DNA of 64,000 nucleotides from Flavobacteriaceae bacterium (GCA_049791475.1 JBAQZZ010000016.1:8395-72394), one strand, 5' to 3'. Shown: positions 38,047 to 48,936, numbered from the stretch's first letter. A program made the numbers and translations. The notes: generated by a model not told the origin, from the sequence alone.

Positions 38047-39059
38047 TGCAAATACTTCATAACATATCTTTAAAACCATACAATACTTTCGGAATTGATG
38101 CGATTGCAAAACACTTTGTATGCGTTTCTAGTGTTGACGATTTAAAAACTGTTTTAGGGCTTAAGGACTACCCAGAAAAGTTGATTTTGGGTGGTGGTAG
38201 TAATATGCTTTTAACTAAAAATCAAGATACTTTAGTAACGCATATTAACCTAAAGGGTATTTCTATAATTTCTGAAGATGATGATTTTGCAGTAGTTAAA
38301 GCAAATGCTGGTGAAAACTGGCACGAATTTGTTTTATGGTGTTTAAAACACAATTTTGGTGGTATTGAAAACATGTCGTTAATTCCTGGAAATGTTGGCA
38401 CCGCCCCTATTCAAAATATTGGTGCTTACGGCGTTGAGTTGAAAGATGCATTTTTGGCTTGTGAAGCTTTATCTTTAGAATCACATACCCTAAAATCATT
38501 CCAAAAAGAAGATTGTAATTTTGGTTACAGGAATTCTATTTTCAAACAAGACGCAAAAGGTAAATTTATTATCACTAGCGTCACGTTTAAACTTACAAAA
38601 CGCAATCATAAATTAAATATTAACTATGGCACTATTGCATTAGAATTAGAAACTAATGGTATTAAAAATCCAACAATTCAAGATATTTCAAAAGCTGTTA
38701 TAGCCATACGAGAAAGTAAATTACCAAACCCTAAAGAGATTGGTAATAGTGGTAGCTTTTTTAAAAACCCCGTAATTTCAAAAAAAGACTATACTGCTTT
38801 GGTTAAAAATTTTGAAGATGCGCCTAGTTATCCCGTTTCAGATACCGAAGTAAAAGTTCCTGCGGGTTGGCTTATTGAAAAAGCTGGGTTTAAAGGAAAG
38901 CGATTTGACAATTATGGTGTGCATGAAAAACAAGCTTTAGTACTTGTAAATTATGGAGATGCCAAAGGTGAAGATATCCTAAAACTATCTCAGTTAATTC
39001 AAAAAACAGTTAAACGCCTATTTAATATTTCTATTGAAGCTGAAGTAAATATCTTATAA
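38046..39059 (+). CDS. murB: UDP-N-acetylenolpyruvoylglucosamine reductase
   Basis: 337 aa. FAD-binding 'LGGGSNML', 'IPG.VG.APIQNIGAYG', 'GSFFKNP', 'SAGWLIE.AG.KG'. Confidence 0.92.
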   Translation: MQILHNISLKPYNTFGIDAIAKHFVCVSSVDDLKTVLGLKDYPEKLILGGGSNMLLTKNQDTLVTHINLKGISIISEDDDFAVVKANAGENWHEFVLWCLKHNFGGIENMSLIPGNVGTAPIQNIGAYGVELKDAFLACEALSLESHTLKSFQKEDCNFGYRNSIFKQDAKGKFIITSVTFKLTKRNHKLNINYGTIALELETNGIKNPTIQDISKAVIAIRESKLPNPKEIGNSGSFFKNPVISKKDYTALVKNFEDAPSYPVSDTEVKVPAGWLIEKAGFKGKRFDNYGVHEKQALVLVNYGDAKGEDILKLSQLIQKTVKRLFNISIEAEVNIL

Positions 39060-39116
39060 TACAAAAGAAATTTCTAACTTTGATTTCATTAACAATAAAA
39101 CTAAACCAATAAAATA

Positions 39117-39647
39117 TTGATTTCAGCTATAGAAAAAGAAATAGTTAGTTTACTAGAACGTGGCGATAAAAAAGCCATTAATCTGCTATACGAATACTAC
39201 GCTGATTCTTTATATGGCGTGATTCAAAAAATAATAAAAGATGAAGATACCGCCCAAGATGTACTTCAAGAAAGTTTTGTGAAAATTTGGAGATACGCCA
39301 AAAAATATGATTCTAGTAAAGCCAAACTTTTTACTTGGTTATATAGAATTGCTTACAACACTGCTATTGATAAAGTTAGATCGCAAAAAAATAAGTCTGG
39401 TAAAGAAGTCCAAATTGAAACTTCATCCGTATATAAAATAACATCAAACGAGTTAAACCAAGATGTTTTAGATATCAAAAAACACTTGTCTAGCTTGGAT
39501 GAAAAATATCAAATTGTAATAAATGCGCTCTTTTTTGAGGGCATGACCCAACAAGAAGCTAGTGAAGAATTAGATATTCCGCTAGGTACTATAAAATCGA
39601 GATTAAAAATTGGATTACGCGAATTGAAAAAAATTTATAATCCTTAA
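39117..39647 (+). CDS. ECF-type RNA polymerase sigma-70 factor
   Basis: 176 aa with an apparent TTG start. Region 2 'AQDVLQESFVKIW....YD......FTWLYRIAYNTAID', region 4 'QQEASEELDIPLGTIKSRL..GLREL'. Confidence 0.85.
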   Translation: MISAIEKEIVSLLERGDKKAINLLYEYYADSLYGVIQKIIKDEDTAQDVLQESFVKIWRYAKKYDSSKAKLFTWLYRIAYNTAIDKVRSQKNKSGKEVQIETSSVYKITSNELNQDVLDIKKHLSSLDEKYQIVINALFFEGMTQQEASEELDIPLGTIKSRLKIGLRELKKIYNP

Positions 39648-39658
39648 TAAACAAAGTC

Positions 39659-40447
39659 ATGAATGAGAAAATAACTACTTTTTTAAATTCTGGCCTATTA
39701 GAAAAATATCTATTAGGTGATATCACTTCTGTTGAAACAGAAATGGTTGAATCTTATATTTCAAAATACCCAGAAGCACAAAATGCATACAACACATTAC
39801 AACACAACTTAGAAATAGTTGCAAAAAGTAACGCTGTTGAAGCACCGAAACATATTCTAAATAGCATTTTAGAAGAACTTGATGAAAAACCTGTTGTTAA
39901 GATGAACACCTCTTACAAATATAAAAAATGGTATAAATTTAGTGTTGCAGCCAGTGTAGCAGCATTAATTTTTGCAGGAACATCCATTTATTTTTACAAT
40001 CAAAATCAAATATTAAATAGTGAATCTTTGGTTGTAGATAATGAAATTAATGATTTACGAAGTGATATTGAGAAGAACAATATGATGCTTGATAATGTAA
40101 TGAGGCAACTTTTAAAGCTTAATAACCCTGAAACTGAAAAATATATTATTTCAGGAAATGAAAGAGCTAAAGATTTAAAAACAGTTGCATATATAAACGC
40201 TAAAGAAAAAACATCCATGATAGATGTTGTTTCCTTGCCTAAATTACCCGAAGAACAATGTTACCAAATTTGGGCAGAATTACAAGGTAAAATGGTAAGC
40301 TTAGGTGTTTTAAGTGAAACAGACAGAAAACTAATAAACCTGCCTTACGCTGAAAATGCTTTAGCCTTAAATATTACTATAGAGCCTAAAGGTGGTAATA
40401 CAGTAGCTTCTTTAAAAAATACAGTTGCAGAAATAGACTTACAGTAA
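39659..40447 (+). CDS. anti-sigma factor (RskA-like, single TM)
   Basis: 262 aa directly after the ECF sigma gene, with one central TM helix and the C-terminal 'YQIWAE...G..VSLGVL.......L........AL.IT.EP.GG' anti-sigma-K pattern. Confidence 0.65.
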   Translation: MNEKITTFLNSGLLEKYLLGDITSVETEMVESYISKYPEAQNAYNTLQHNLEIVAKSNAVEAPKHILNSILEELDEKPVVKMNTSYKYKKWYKFSVAASVAALIFAGTSIYFYNQNQILNSESLVVDNEINDLRSDIEKNNMMLDNVMRQLLKLNNPETEKYIISGNERAKDLKTVAYINAKEKTSMIDVVSLPKLPEEQCYQIWAELQGKMVSLGVLSETDRKLINLPYAENALALNITIEPKGGNTVASLKNTVAEIDLQ

Positions 40448-40469
40448 ATTAATAGCAGAATTCCTAATT

Positions 40470-40507
40470 AAAAAGCCTTATTTTCAATTGAAAATAAGGC
40501 TTTTTTT
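40470..40507 (+). terminator. rho-independent terminator after the anti-sigma gene
   Basis: 11-bp perfect stem gccttattttc-aatt-gaaaataaggc followed by 7 T. Confidence 0.75.
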
Positions 40508-40559
40508 ATGTTTTAAAACCAAATAAGAATACTAATGGTAATTTTTTCATCAAAAGTTT

Positions 40560-40567
40560 TATCTTTG
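40560..40567 (+). promoter_or_regulatory. candidate -7 promoter box (TATCTTTG)
   Basis: Exact TAnnTTTG, 16 nt upstream of the ATG at 40583. Confidence 0.5.
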
Positions 40568-40582
40568 TACAAAATATTTAAA

Positions 40583-40786
40583 ATGAAACTCCTTTTAATC
40601 ACAATTGTTTTGCTAGGTTTAGGTATTGTTGGAATAGCCATTAAAATTTGGGCGAAAAAAGATGGGAAGTTTGCCGGAACTTGCGCTAGCCAAAACCCAA
40701 TGTTAAATAAAGATGGTGATGCTTGTGGCTTTTGTGGAAAAACTCCAGATCAATTTTCAGATTGTGATGAACCTCAACATTCTTAA
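40583..40786 (+). CDS. small Cys-rich membrane protein, hypothetical
   Basis: 67 aa from the ATG at 40583. One TM helix followed by 'GTCASQNP....GDACGFCGK.PDQFSDCDE'. Confidence 0.4.
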   Translation: MKLLLITIVLLGLGIVGIAIKIWAKKDGKFAGTCASQNPMLNKDGDACGFCGKTPDQFSDCDEPQHS

Positions 40787-40793
40787 TCTTTAA

Positions 40794-41906
40794 ATGGAAA
40801 TATTTGATTTCTTCTTCTATGCATTTATTGTTGTAGTTATTATTCAAGCGTTGTTTTATTTAATCATTTTTCAAAAATTCGCTTTTCTAAAACCTAAAAA
40901 AAAAAGAAAAAAAAATATTCCAGTTTCAATTATAATTTGCGCCAAAAATGAAGCTAAAAATTTACAGAACTTTTTACCTTCACTAATATCACAAGATTAC
41001 AAAGATTTTGAAATTGTTTTAATAAATGATGCTTCAAGCGATAATACCCTTGAGGTTATGGAAGGTTTTTCCAAAAAACATGAACACATCAAAATTGTAG
41101 ATGTTAAAAACAATGAGACCTTTTGGGGAAATAAAAAATACGCTATAACTTTAGGTATTAAAACGTCAAAATATGATCATCTTTTATTTACCGACGCCGA
41201 TTGCAAACCCTTATCTAATCTATGGATTAAGGAGATGACATCTCATTTTACTGATGAGCATAGTATTGTTTTAGGCTACAGTGGTTATTCAAAAATTAAA
41301 AAATCATTTTTAAACAAACTTATTCGTTTTGAAACTTTAATTACAGCTATTCAATATCTTTCATTTGCTAAAATAGGCTTGACATACATGGGTGTGGGCA
41401 GAAATTTGGCATATACTAAAAAGACTTTTTTTGATGCTAATGGTTTTGTAAACCATATGAAATTACCGTCTGGAGATGACGATTTATTTATAAACCAAAT
41501 AGCTTCAAACGAAAATACAGCTATTTGTTTTTCGAAAGAAAGTTTTACCGAATCTGTACCAAAAACATCTTTTAAAAGCTGGATTAAACAAAAAAGGCGA
41601 CATATTACAACCGCAAAATATTATAAACTAAAACATAAGCTCTTATTGGGGTTATTTTATTCTACCAACCTTTTATTTTGGATTTTAGCCATACTTCTTT
41701 TTGTTACAACATACCAGTGGCGCTATGTAATCGGAATTTTTATTTTCCGTCTTGTAATTCAATATGCTATTTTAAGTAATTCGTCAAAAAAACTTGATGA
41801 GAAAGATCTTTTAATTTGGTTTCCTGCTTTAGAAATTTCCTTAATTCTTTTACAATTAACTATCTTTATAAATAATCTTATCTCAAAACCAAATTTTTGG
41901 AAATAG
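40794..41906 (+). CDS. family 2 glycosyltransferase, membrane-bound
   Basis: 370 aa. 'VSIIICAKNE', 'NDASSDNT', 'FTDADC' (DxD), 'GDDDLF', 'QKRRH' and C-terminal TM helices. Confidence 0.8.
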   Translation: MEIFDFFFYAFIVVVIIQALFYLIIFQKFAFLKPKKKRKKNIPVSIIICAKNEAKNLQNFLPSLISQDYKDFEIVLINDASSDNTLEVMEGFSKKHEHIKIVDVKNNETFWGNKKYAITLGIKTSKYDHLLFTDADCKPLSNLWIKEMTSHFTDEHSIVLGYSGYSKIKKSFLNKLIRFETLITAIQYLSFAKIGLTYMGVGRNLAYTKKTFFDANGFVNHMKLPSGDDDLFINQIASNENTAICFSKESFTESVPKTSFKSWIKQKRRHITTAKYYKLKHKLLLGLFYSTNLLFWILAILLFVTTYQWRYVIGIFIFRLVIQYAILSNSSKKLDEKDLLIWFPALEISLILLQLTIFINNLISKPNFWK

Positions 41907-42442
41907 AAGACGCTATAAAACGTGCTAAAACTCACGACCAAAAAGCATTTAATTATTTATTAGATACTTTTTGGGACGATGTTTATGGCTTTCAATTAAA
42001 GCGAATTCAAAATGAAAATGATGCCGAAGATGTAACCATACAAACCTTTTCTAAAGCTTTTGACAGGATTGAAACTTTTGATGACAATTACAAGTTTAAA
42101 ACCTGGTTGATTACTATTTCGAAGAATATTCATATTGATTTATTGCGAAAAGAGAAAAATTCGATCTCTCAAGTTATTTCTAAAGACAATAAACATGTGC
42201 TTCACGTTGTAGATGAATCACCTTCAGCAGAAGATAAGTTGATAACAGAGCAACATTTAGCAAAACTTTTGCGTGATATAAAAAAGTTAAAACCTCATTA
42301 TCAAGAAGTTATAAACTTACGTTATTTTCAAGAGTTGAGTTATAAAGAAATTTCTAAACAACTAAACGAACCCATGAATAATGTAAAAGTTAAATTGCTT
42401 CGTGCAAAAAAACTACTTGCAGAAATTATTCAAGACAAGTAA
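41897..42442 (+). CDS. sigma-70 family RNA polymerase sigma factor (ECF-like)
   Basis: 181 aa with an apparent TTG start overlapping the GT2 stop. 'AEDVTIQTFSKAF......D....FKTWLITISKN..IDLLR', 'SYKEISKQLNEPMNNVKVKLLRAKKLL'. Confidence 0.8.
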   Translation: MEIEDAIKRAKTHDQKAFNYLLDTFWDDVYGFQLKRIQNENDAEDVTIQTFSKAFDRIETFDDNYKFKTWLITISKNIHIDLLRKEKNSISQVISKDNKHVLHVVDESPSAEDKLITEQHLAKLLRDIKKLKPHYQEVINLRYFQELSYKEISKQLNEPMNNVKVKLLRAKKLLAEIIQDK

Positions 42443-43666
42443 ATGCTTTCTAAACTAAAAAATCTTGGCCCTGGCTTATTATTTGCTGGTGCAGCCATTG
42501 GTGTATCGCATTTAGTACAATCTACTCGTGCTGGGGCCGATTTTGGCTTGGGCTTACTTTGGGCTTTGCTTTTAGTGAATTTGTTTAAGTATCCTTTTTT
42601 TCAATTTGGCCCAAGGTATGCCACTGCAACTGGCGAGAGCTTACTAGATGGCTATAAAAAGCTTGGAAAAGGCATCTTATTAATATATTACATTTTAAGT
42701 TTTGCAACCATGTTTACTATTCAAACTGCTGTAACTATTGTTACGGCAGGTATAGCAGCTTCATTATTTGGAGATTTTATTAGTTTAAAATTATGGACCG
42801 TAATCATCATCATTATATGTTTAGGTATCTTAATTTTAGGCAAGTATAAGTTGTTGGATAAATTGATGAAAGTCATCATTATAACGCTAACAATAAGTAC
42901 CATTATTGCGGTAAGCATGGCTTTAATTAATAATTCTGATCCTATTTTATTCAAACAAATAGTACCAGAAAATAGTATTGAAATAGCCTTTTTAATTGCC
43001 TTTATGGGATGGATGCCTGCGCCTTTAGATATCTCGGTTTGGCAATCATTATGGGCACTAGAAAAAACTAAAGAAACAAAAAAGTATACCACAAAATCTG
43101 CTTTATTCGATTTTAATGTAGGCTATTTAAGTACTATTGTTTTGGGTGTTGGCTTTTTATTGTTAGGCGCTTTAGTGATGTTTAATAGTGGCGAAACGTT
43201 TAGTGATTCTGCAAGTATTTTTTCTGGTCAGTTCATAAATATGTACACTGTTAGTTTAGGAAATTGGGCATATGTTATAATAGGAATTGCCGCGTTTACA
43301 ACCATGTTTAGCACGACATTAACCACATTAGATGCTTCTCCCAGAGCCATGGAAAGAACAACCCAATTATTATTTAAAAAAACTTCAAAATTTAATTATA
43401 CTTTCTGGATTGTTTTATTAGCTATTGGCACTATTAGCATCTTTATTTTCCTAGCTTCAGAAATGGGATTATTGATTAAAGTGGCGACTATTCTATCGTT
43501 TATTACAGCACCTTTTTATGCCATAATAAGTTACATCCTTATTTCTAGTAAACACACACCAAAAGCGTGGCGCCCTTCTAAAAAACTTCATGTTTTAAGC
43601 ATTTTAGGAATTATCTTTTTAATCGGATTTAGCATCTGGTATCTTACTACTTTGTCAAATTTTTAA
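42443..43666 (+). CDS. NRAMP family divalent metal cation transporter
   Basis: 407-aa polytopic protein. '[28 protein letters not shown]' is an NRAMP-like N-terminal motif. It starts 1 nt after the sigma factor stop. Confidence 0.75.
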   Translation: MLSKLKNLGPGLLFAGAAIGVSHLVQSTRAGADFGLGLLWALLLVNLFKYPFFQFGPRYATATGESLLDGYKKLGKGILLIYYILSFATMFTIQTAVTIVTAGIAASLFGDFISLKLWTVIIIIICLGILILGKYKLLDKLMKVIIITLTISTIIAVSMALINNSDPILFKQIVPENSIEIAFLIAFMGWMPAPLDISVWQSLWALEKTKETKKYTTKSALFDFNVGYLSTIVLGVGFLLLGALVMFNSGETFSDSASIFSGQFINMYTVSLGNWAYVIIGIAAFTTMFSTTLTTLDASPRAMERTTQLLFKKTSKFNYTFWIVLLAIGTISIFIFLASEMGLLIKVATILSFITAPFYAIISYILISSKHTPKAWRPSKKLHVLSILGIIFLIGFSIWYLTTLSNF

Positions 43667-43678
43667 AAGAATACTTCG

Positions 43679-43686
43679 TATATTTG
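43679..43686 (+). promoter_or_regulatory. candidate -7 promoter box (TATATTTG) for lipA
   Basis: Exact TAnnTTTG, 19 nt upstream of the ATG at 43705. Confidence 0.5.
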
Positions 43687-43704
43687 CTACATTATTTTAA
43701 TGGC

Positions 43705-44583
43705 ATGAATACAGAAACAACTTCTAATATATTACCAGAACGTCAAGCTAAACCTAAATGGCTTCGTGTAAAACTTCCAACAGGAAAAAAGTACACCGAA
43801 TTGCGTGGTTTAGTTGATAAATACAAACTAAACACCATTTGTACTTCGGGCAGTTGCCCAAATATGGGAGAATGTTGGGGTGAAGGTACGGCAACGTTCA
43901 TGATTTTAGGAAATGTATGTACCCGCTCTTGCGGATTTTGTGGTGTAAAAACTGGGCGGCCAGAAACGGTTGATTGGGATGAACCCGAAAAAGTAGCGCG
44001 TTCTATTAAAATAATGCAGATTAAACACGCCGTTTTAACCAGTGTTGATAGAGATGATTTAAAAGACATGGGAAGTATTATGTGGGCAGAAACTATTAAA
44101 GCTGTTCGTAGAATGAATCCTGATACAACTTTAGAAACTCTAATACCAGATTTCCAAGGTATTGAACAACATATAGATCGTATTATTGAAGTTGCTCCAG
44201 AAGTCGTATCGCACAATATTGAAACTGTAAGACGGTTAACTCGTGAGGTTCGTATTCAAGCTAAATACGACAGAAGTATGGGTGTTTTAAACTATTTAAA
44301 ACAACAAGGACAACGCAGAACAAAATCTGGCATTATGCTCGGTTTAGGCGAAACTAGAGAGGAAGTTATTGAAACACTTCATCATTTAAGAGAAAACCGT
44401 GTTGATGTGGTTACTATTGGTCAATATCTTCAACCAAGTAAAAAACACTTACCAGTAAAACAGTTTATAACGCCAGATCAATTTAAAGAATACGAAGAAA
44501 TAGGTTTAGATTTAGGTTTTCGCCATGTAGAAAGTAGCGCTTTGGTGCGTTCTTCTTACAAAGCGCAAAAACATATTAATTAA
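43705..44583 (+). CDS. lipA: lipoyl synthase
   Basis: Radical-SAM '[10 protein letters not shown]' plus the auxiliary cluster '[13 protein letters not shown]'. The ATG at 43705 is preferred over the upstream TTG. Confidence 0.95.
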   Translation: MNTETTSNILPERQAKPKWLRVKLPTGKKYTELRGLVDKYKLNTICTSGSCPNMGECWGEGTATFMILGNVCTRSCGFCGVKTGRPETVDWDEPEKVARSIKIMQIKHAVLTSVDRDDLKDMGSIMWAETIKAVRRMNPDTTLETLIPDFQGIEQHIDRIIEVAPEVVSHNIETVRRLTREVRIQAKYDRSMGVLNYLKQQGQRRTKSGIMLGLGETREEVIETLHHLRENRVDVVTIGQYLQPSKKHLPVKQFITPDQFKEYEEIGLDLGFRHVESSALVRSSYKAQKHIN

Positions 44584-44585
44584 TC

Positions 44586-45602
44586 ATGATTCGTGTTGCA
44601 ATTAATGGTTTCGGAAGAATAGGCCGGCGCGTTTTTAGGCTCATTGAAAATCATAAAAACATTCAAATTGTTGCGATAAACGACTTAGCAGATTCTAAAA
44701 CCTTAAGTCATTTATTAAAATACGATAGCATACACGGTATTTTTAATGGTACTATTTCAAATGATGAAAATCACATTATTGTTAACCGAAGACCTATTTC
44801 TTTACTAAATAAGACGCACCCAAAAGACATCAATTGGAAACCTTTTAATGTTGATTTCGTAATTGAATCTTCTGGAAAATTTAAAACAACTCCAGATTTA
44901 AAATATCATATTAAAAATGGTGCAAAACAAGTTATATTAAGCGTTCCACCAATTGAAGACGCTATTAAAACCATTGTTTTTGGCGTGAATGAACATAGTA
45001 TTGATGGCTCAGAAACTATCATTTCTAATGCATCGTGTACTACAAACAATGCGGCACCAATGATTGATATCATAAATAAACTTTGTGGCATTAATGAAGC
45101 TTATATAACGACGGTTCACTCCTATACAACGGACCAAAGTTTGCACGATCAACCACATCGTGATTTACGACGGTCCCGTGCTGCAAGTCAATCCATTGTA
45201 CCTACTACAACGGGTGCTGCAAAAGCGTTGACTAAAATTTTTCCAGAATTATCTGATGCTATTGGAGGCTGTGGTATTAGAGTTCCGGTGATAAATGGCT
45301 CTTTAACAGATATTACGTTTAACGTAAAAAAAACAGTATCTATTGAAGATATTAATAAGGCCTTTAAAAAAGCGTCACAATCCCACTACAAAGGTATTTT
45401 GGAATATACTGAAGATCCTATTGTTTCTATTGATATTGTTGGGAATTCACACTCTTGTATTTTTGATTCTGGCATGACCTCTGTAATTGGTAATATGGTG
45501 AAAATAATAGGTTGGTATGATAATGAAACTGGATATTCTTCAAGAATAATAGATCTTATATGCGATTTATCGGAAAAAAGAGGTCTTTTGTCGGCTAAAT
45601 AA
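44586..45602 (+). CDS. gap: type I glyceraldehyde-3-phosphate dehydrogenase
   Basis: 338 aa. 'INGFGRIGRRVFR', active site 'SNASCTTNNAAP', 'WYDNETGYS'. Confidence 0.9.
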   Translation: MIRVAINGFGRIGRRVFRLIENHKNIQIVAINDLADSKTLSHLLKYDSIHGIFNGTISNDENHIIVNRRPISLLNKTHPKDINWKPFNVDFVIESSGKFKTTPDLKYHIKNGAKQVILSVPPIEDAIKTIVFGVNEHSIDGSETIISNASCTTNNAAPMIDIINKLCGINEAYITTVHSYTTDQSLHDQPHRDLRRSRAASQSIVPTTTGAAKALTKIFPELSDAIGGCGIRVPVINGSLTDITFNVKKTVSIEDINKAFKKASQSHYKGILEYTEDPIVSIDIVGNSHSCIFDSGMTSVIGNMVKIIGWYDNETGYSSRIIDLICDLSEKRGLLSAK

Positions 45603-45603
45603 T

Positions 45604-45611
45604 TATATTTG
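45604..45611 (+). promoter_or_regulatory. candidate -7 promoter box (TATATTTG) for the hybrid kinase gene
   Basis: Exact TAnnTTTG, 19 nt upstream of the ATG at 45630. Confidence 0.45.
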
Positions 45612-45629
45612 TTTGTAATATTTATTAAA

Positions 45630-47882
45630 ATGTCCCAAATAAAACACTACACTTTTGTATTGCTAATGCTTTTAAGTATTAGTGTTTCTTCTCAAAAAAC
45701 CATTGACGAAGATCCTGAAATATTACAAAATAGTATAAATAACCGTATCTCTCAATCGCATACAGCTCTTGAAAACTACGACTACTATGAAGCTCAAAAT
45801 AATCTTGATGAAGCACTAGTTTTTGCCGAAAAATTAGATAACAAAAAGAGTTTGGGTATTATTTATGCTTTAAAAGGGAAATTACAGTTAATTACTGAAG
45901 AAAAGGATAAAGCTATCATTTCGTTAAATAAAGCCATTGAAATTCAGCGCATTATAAACGATAATAAAAATCTAGCTAGTTCATACAAGACTTTTGGTGA
46001 TGTATTTTTAGCAAAGAAAGATTACTCTAATGCACTTGACTCTTACACTGCTGCAAAATCTAAATTTCAGGAAGAAGGATTAACAGAAGGTTTGGCAGAA
46101 ACGCTTCTAGCGGAAGGAAAAACATACTTACATATAGAAAATTACAGAAAGGCAAGATCTATTATAGAACAAGCTTTAGCAGAGGCTAAAAAAATTGGCT
46201 ATAAGAAAATTCAAAGTGATGGTTCTATTACTCAAGGTTTGGTTTACAGTAAATTAGGTGATTATTACAAAGCATTAATTTATACGACTGAAGGACTTGA
46301 AATCGCTAAAGAAAACAAATTTATCGACATCTTAAGTGAGGGTTATTTAATAGTAAGTGATATTCATAAATCTCTTGGAAATACAAATCAGAATATTAAT
46401 AATTATAAATTATCTGCTGAATATCTTGGATTACATATATCACTTTCAGATTCTTTAAGAAACCTAAAAACTGCACATTCGTCTAAAAATCAAGAAACAC
46501 AGCATTTATTAAAAGAAATGGATGCTAAAAATAAAGAAGTTGCTGAACGATTAGAAACTTTTGAAGATGATAAAAACTTAAATACATTAACTTCAATTTT
46601 AAGTGTTGCTTTAATTACTATTTTATCGCTTTTAACACTATCGCTTTACAAGAATAATAACATAAGATTGAAAACCAATAATATGCTTCATAAAAAAAAT
46701 GGAGAGCTTATTATTGCTAAAGAAAAAGCGGAGTTAGCATCAAAAACTAAAGCAAATTTTCTATCAACTGTAACACACGAACTTAGAACACCACTGTATG
46801 CGGTTACTGGTTTGAGTAATATGTTGTTAGAAGAAAACCCAAGACCAGAACAAGTTCAACACTTAAAATCGCTTAAGTTTTCTGGAGATTATCTATTAAC
46901 ATTCATCAACGACATTCTTCAAATTAATAAAATAGAAGCTAATAAAGTGGATATTGAACCAGAGTCATTCAACTTAAAAAAGAAAATTAACAACATTATT
47001 CTAGCTTTAAATAATTCGGCAAATGATAATAATGTTAAACTTCATTTTGAATACGATAAAGATTTACCAGAATACTTCATTGCTGATCAATTAAAGATAT
47101 CTCAAATACTAATTAACCTAGTTGGTAACTCTATTAAATTTACAAAAAATGGAGATATTTGGATTAGAGCTTATAAAATTGAACAAAAAGACAATATGTA
47201 CACCTTGCGTTTTGAAGTGGAAGATAATGGGATTGGTATAAGTCAAGAAAAACAGGATAATATGTTTGAAAGCTTCTCACAAGGCTCTATTCAAATAAAC
47301 AGGAAATATGGTGGAACAGGACTTGGATTATCTATTGTAAAAGGATTGATTGATATTTTAAAAGGGAAAATTTACGTGAAAAGTGAATTACAAAAAGGAA
47401 CCACTTTTTACTTTGAAATCCCTTTAGAATATACATCTGTGCGAGCTAGCAAGAAAAAAGAAGTTACTTATTTTACTGGTAATAAAGAAGATTTAGATTT
47501 AACCAAAGTTAGAATTTTAGTGGTTGAGGACAACAAAATAAATCAAATGATTACTAAAAAAATTCTAACTAAAATGAATCTTAATTGTGATATTATTGAT
47601 AATGGTGAAGATGCTGTAGAAATGATTAAGACCAATAATTACAACATCATTTTAATGGATATTCACATGCCAGGAATTAGCGGGATTGAAGCCACAAAAC
47701 GTGTTAGAGCTTTTAATAAAGAGTTAACCATTTTTGCATTAACCGCAGTTACTATTGAAGATAAAATGCATGAATTTGATGAAGCTGGTTTTACTGACAT
47801 TATTCCGAAACCATTTAAGCAAGAAGAGTTTGAGAAAAAACTTTATAATGCGCTTGCTGGAAAAACCAATAAATCGGCTTAA
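45630..47882 (+). CDS. hybrid sensor histidine kinase / response regulator with N-terminal TPR repeats
   Basis: Signal peptide, TPR region, TM helix, HisKA 'THELRTPLY', HATPase 'GGTGLGLSIV', and a receiver domain 'ILVVEDN..N......L....DIIDNG..A......YNIILMDIHMPG'. Confidence 0.88.
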   Translation: MSQIKHYTFVLLMLLSISVSSQKTIDEDPEILQNSINNRISQSHTALENYDYYEAQNNLDEALVFAEKLDNKKSLGIIYALKGKLQLITEEKDKAIISLNKAIEIQRIINDNKNLASSYKTFGDVFLAKKDYSNALDSYTAAKSKFQEEGLTEGLAETLLAEGKTYLHIENYRKARSIIEQALAEAKKIGYKKIQSDGSITQGLVYSKLGDYYKALIYTTEGLEIAKENKFIDILSEGYLIVSDIHKSLGNTNQNINNYKLSAEYLGLHISLSDSLRNLKTAHSSKNQETQHLLKEMDAKNKEVAERLETFEDDKNLNTLTSILSVALITILSLLTLSLYKNNNIRLKTNNMLHKKNGELIIAKEKAELASKTKANFLSTVTHELRTPLYAVTGLSNMLLEENPRPEQVQHLKSLKFSGDYLLTFINDILQINKIEANKVDIEPESFNLKKKINNIILALNNSANDNNVKLHFEYDKDLPEYFIADQLKISQILINLVGNSIKFTKNGDIWIRAYKIEQKDNMYTLRFEVEDNGIGISQEKQDNMFESFSQGSIQINRKYGGTGLGLSIVKGLIDILKGKIYVKSELQKGTTFYFEIPLEYTSVRASKKKEVTYFTGNKEDLDLTKVRILVVEDNKINQMITKKILTKMNLNCDIIDNGEDAVEMIKTNNYNIILMDIHMPGISGIEATKRVRAFNKELTIFALTAVTIEDKMHEFDEAGFTDIIPKPFKQEEFEKKLYNALAGKTNKSA

Positions 47883-48886
47883 TTAGTAACGAATTCTTCA
47901 ATACGTTTATTAAACTTTTCTTCGTTTTCAATAACCACTTTTATTGGTAAATAAAACAACTTATCTTTTAAAGATTTGTAGTGCTTTAAGCGCATAAAAT
48001 CTTTTTCGGTTGTAATAATTAATGTTTTAGTTTTTAAAATTTCAATATCTTTTTGAGAAAAACCGTGATGATCTTTAAAGTTTAAATGCTCAAAATTTAA
48101 GTGTTTACTATTTAAAAAATCAACCAAAGGTTTTGCATTTGCAATACCAGTTACCAAGGTGACATTAGATAACTCTTTTAACTCAATAGTTGAATGTTCT
48201 GAAATTACATTATCGGAATATCTTATAGAACTAAAAAATACATTTTGATTTTCACTTGGACGTATTCGTTTTATAAAACCAGCTTTAGTAGATTCATTTA
48301 ATTCATCCGGACATTTAGTTACCACTATTATATCAGCTCGATTTGCACCATGTTTTGGCTCTCGTAAATTTCCGGTTGGCAAAACGAAGTCTGAAAAATA
48401 AGGATTTGCATAAGTTGTTAATAAAATATTCAATCCGGCTTTTACTTTTCTATGTTGGTAAGCATCATCTAAAAGAATAATTTCTGGCTTACTTTTTTGT
48501 TTTTGCAGTTCAGAAATCCCGTTCTGTCTATCGGCATCAACGGCAACCAAAATATCTTTTTTAAATTTGTTATAAAACTGAAAAGGTTCATCACCAATAG
48601 TTTCCGCTGTAGCTGTTTCATCTGCTAAATAAAATCCTTTGGTCTGCCTTTTATATCCTCTACTTAGCGTCGCAACTTTATAATCTTTTTTTAAAAGCGT
48701 AATTAAATACTCAATCATTGGTGTTTTTCCAGTTCCGCCAGCACTTAAATTACCAACACAAATTACAGGAAAGTCATAAAATTTAGATTTTTTAATTCCT
48801 AAATCATATAATTTATTGCGCAACCAAGTCACTAAATAGTAAATTGGTACAAAAGGAAATAATATGTATCGCAACATTTTCATCAT
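47879..48886 (-). CDS. lpxK: tetraacyldisaccharide 4'-kinase
   Basis: 335 aa. 'VICVGNLSAGGTGKTP', 'LSRGYKR', 'LDDAYQH'. Confidence 0.88.
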   Translation of the reverse strand: MMKMLRYILFPFVPIYYLVTWLRNKLYDLGIKKSKFYDFPVICVGNLSAGGTGKTPMIEYLITLLKKDYKVATLSRGYKRQTKGFYLADETATAETIGDEPFQFYNKFKKDILVAVDADRQNGISELQKQKSKPEIILLDDAYQHRKVKAGLNILLTTYANPYFSDFVLPTGNLREPKHGANRADIIVVTKCPDELNESTKAGFIKRIRPSENQNVFFSSIRYSDNVISEHSTIELKELSNVTLVTGIANAKPLVDFLNSKHLNFEHLNFKDHHGFSQKDIEILKTKTLIITTEKDFMRLKHYKSLKDKLFYLPIKVVIENEEKFNKRIEEFVTN

Positions 48887-48936
48887 AGCAAAGTAAATAT
48901 TTTATATTTGTTTAATAATCAAATCATGAAAATATT

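Noticed and set aside
43743-44216. 157-aa minus-strand ORF inside lipA. Similar long antisense ORFs are at 19943-20347 in the SulP gene, 42721-43092 in the NRAMP gene, 25062-25367, 27241-27543, 27991-28251, 28339-28575, 32167-32496, 33655-33954 and 59481-59759.
   Set aside because: All lie entirely within strongly supported genes on the opposite strand. They have low-complexity Ser/Leu/Ile-rich translations and no start context. These are classic shadow ORFs.
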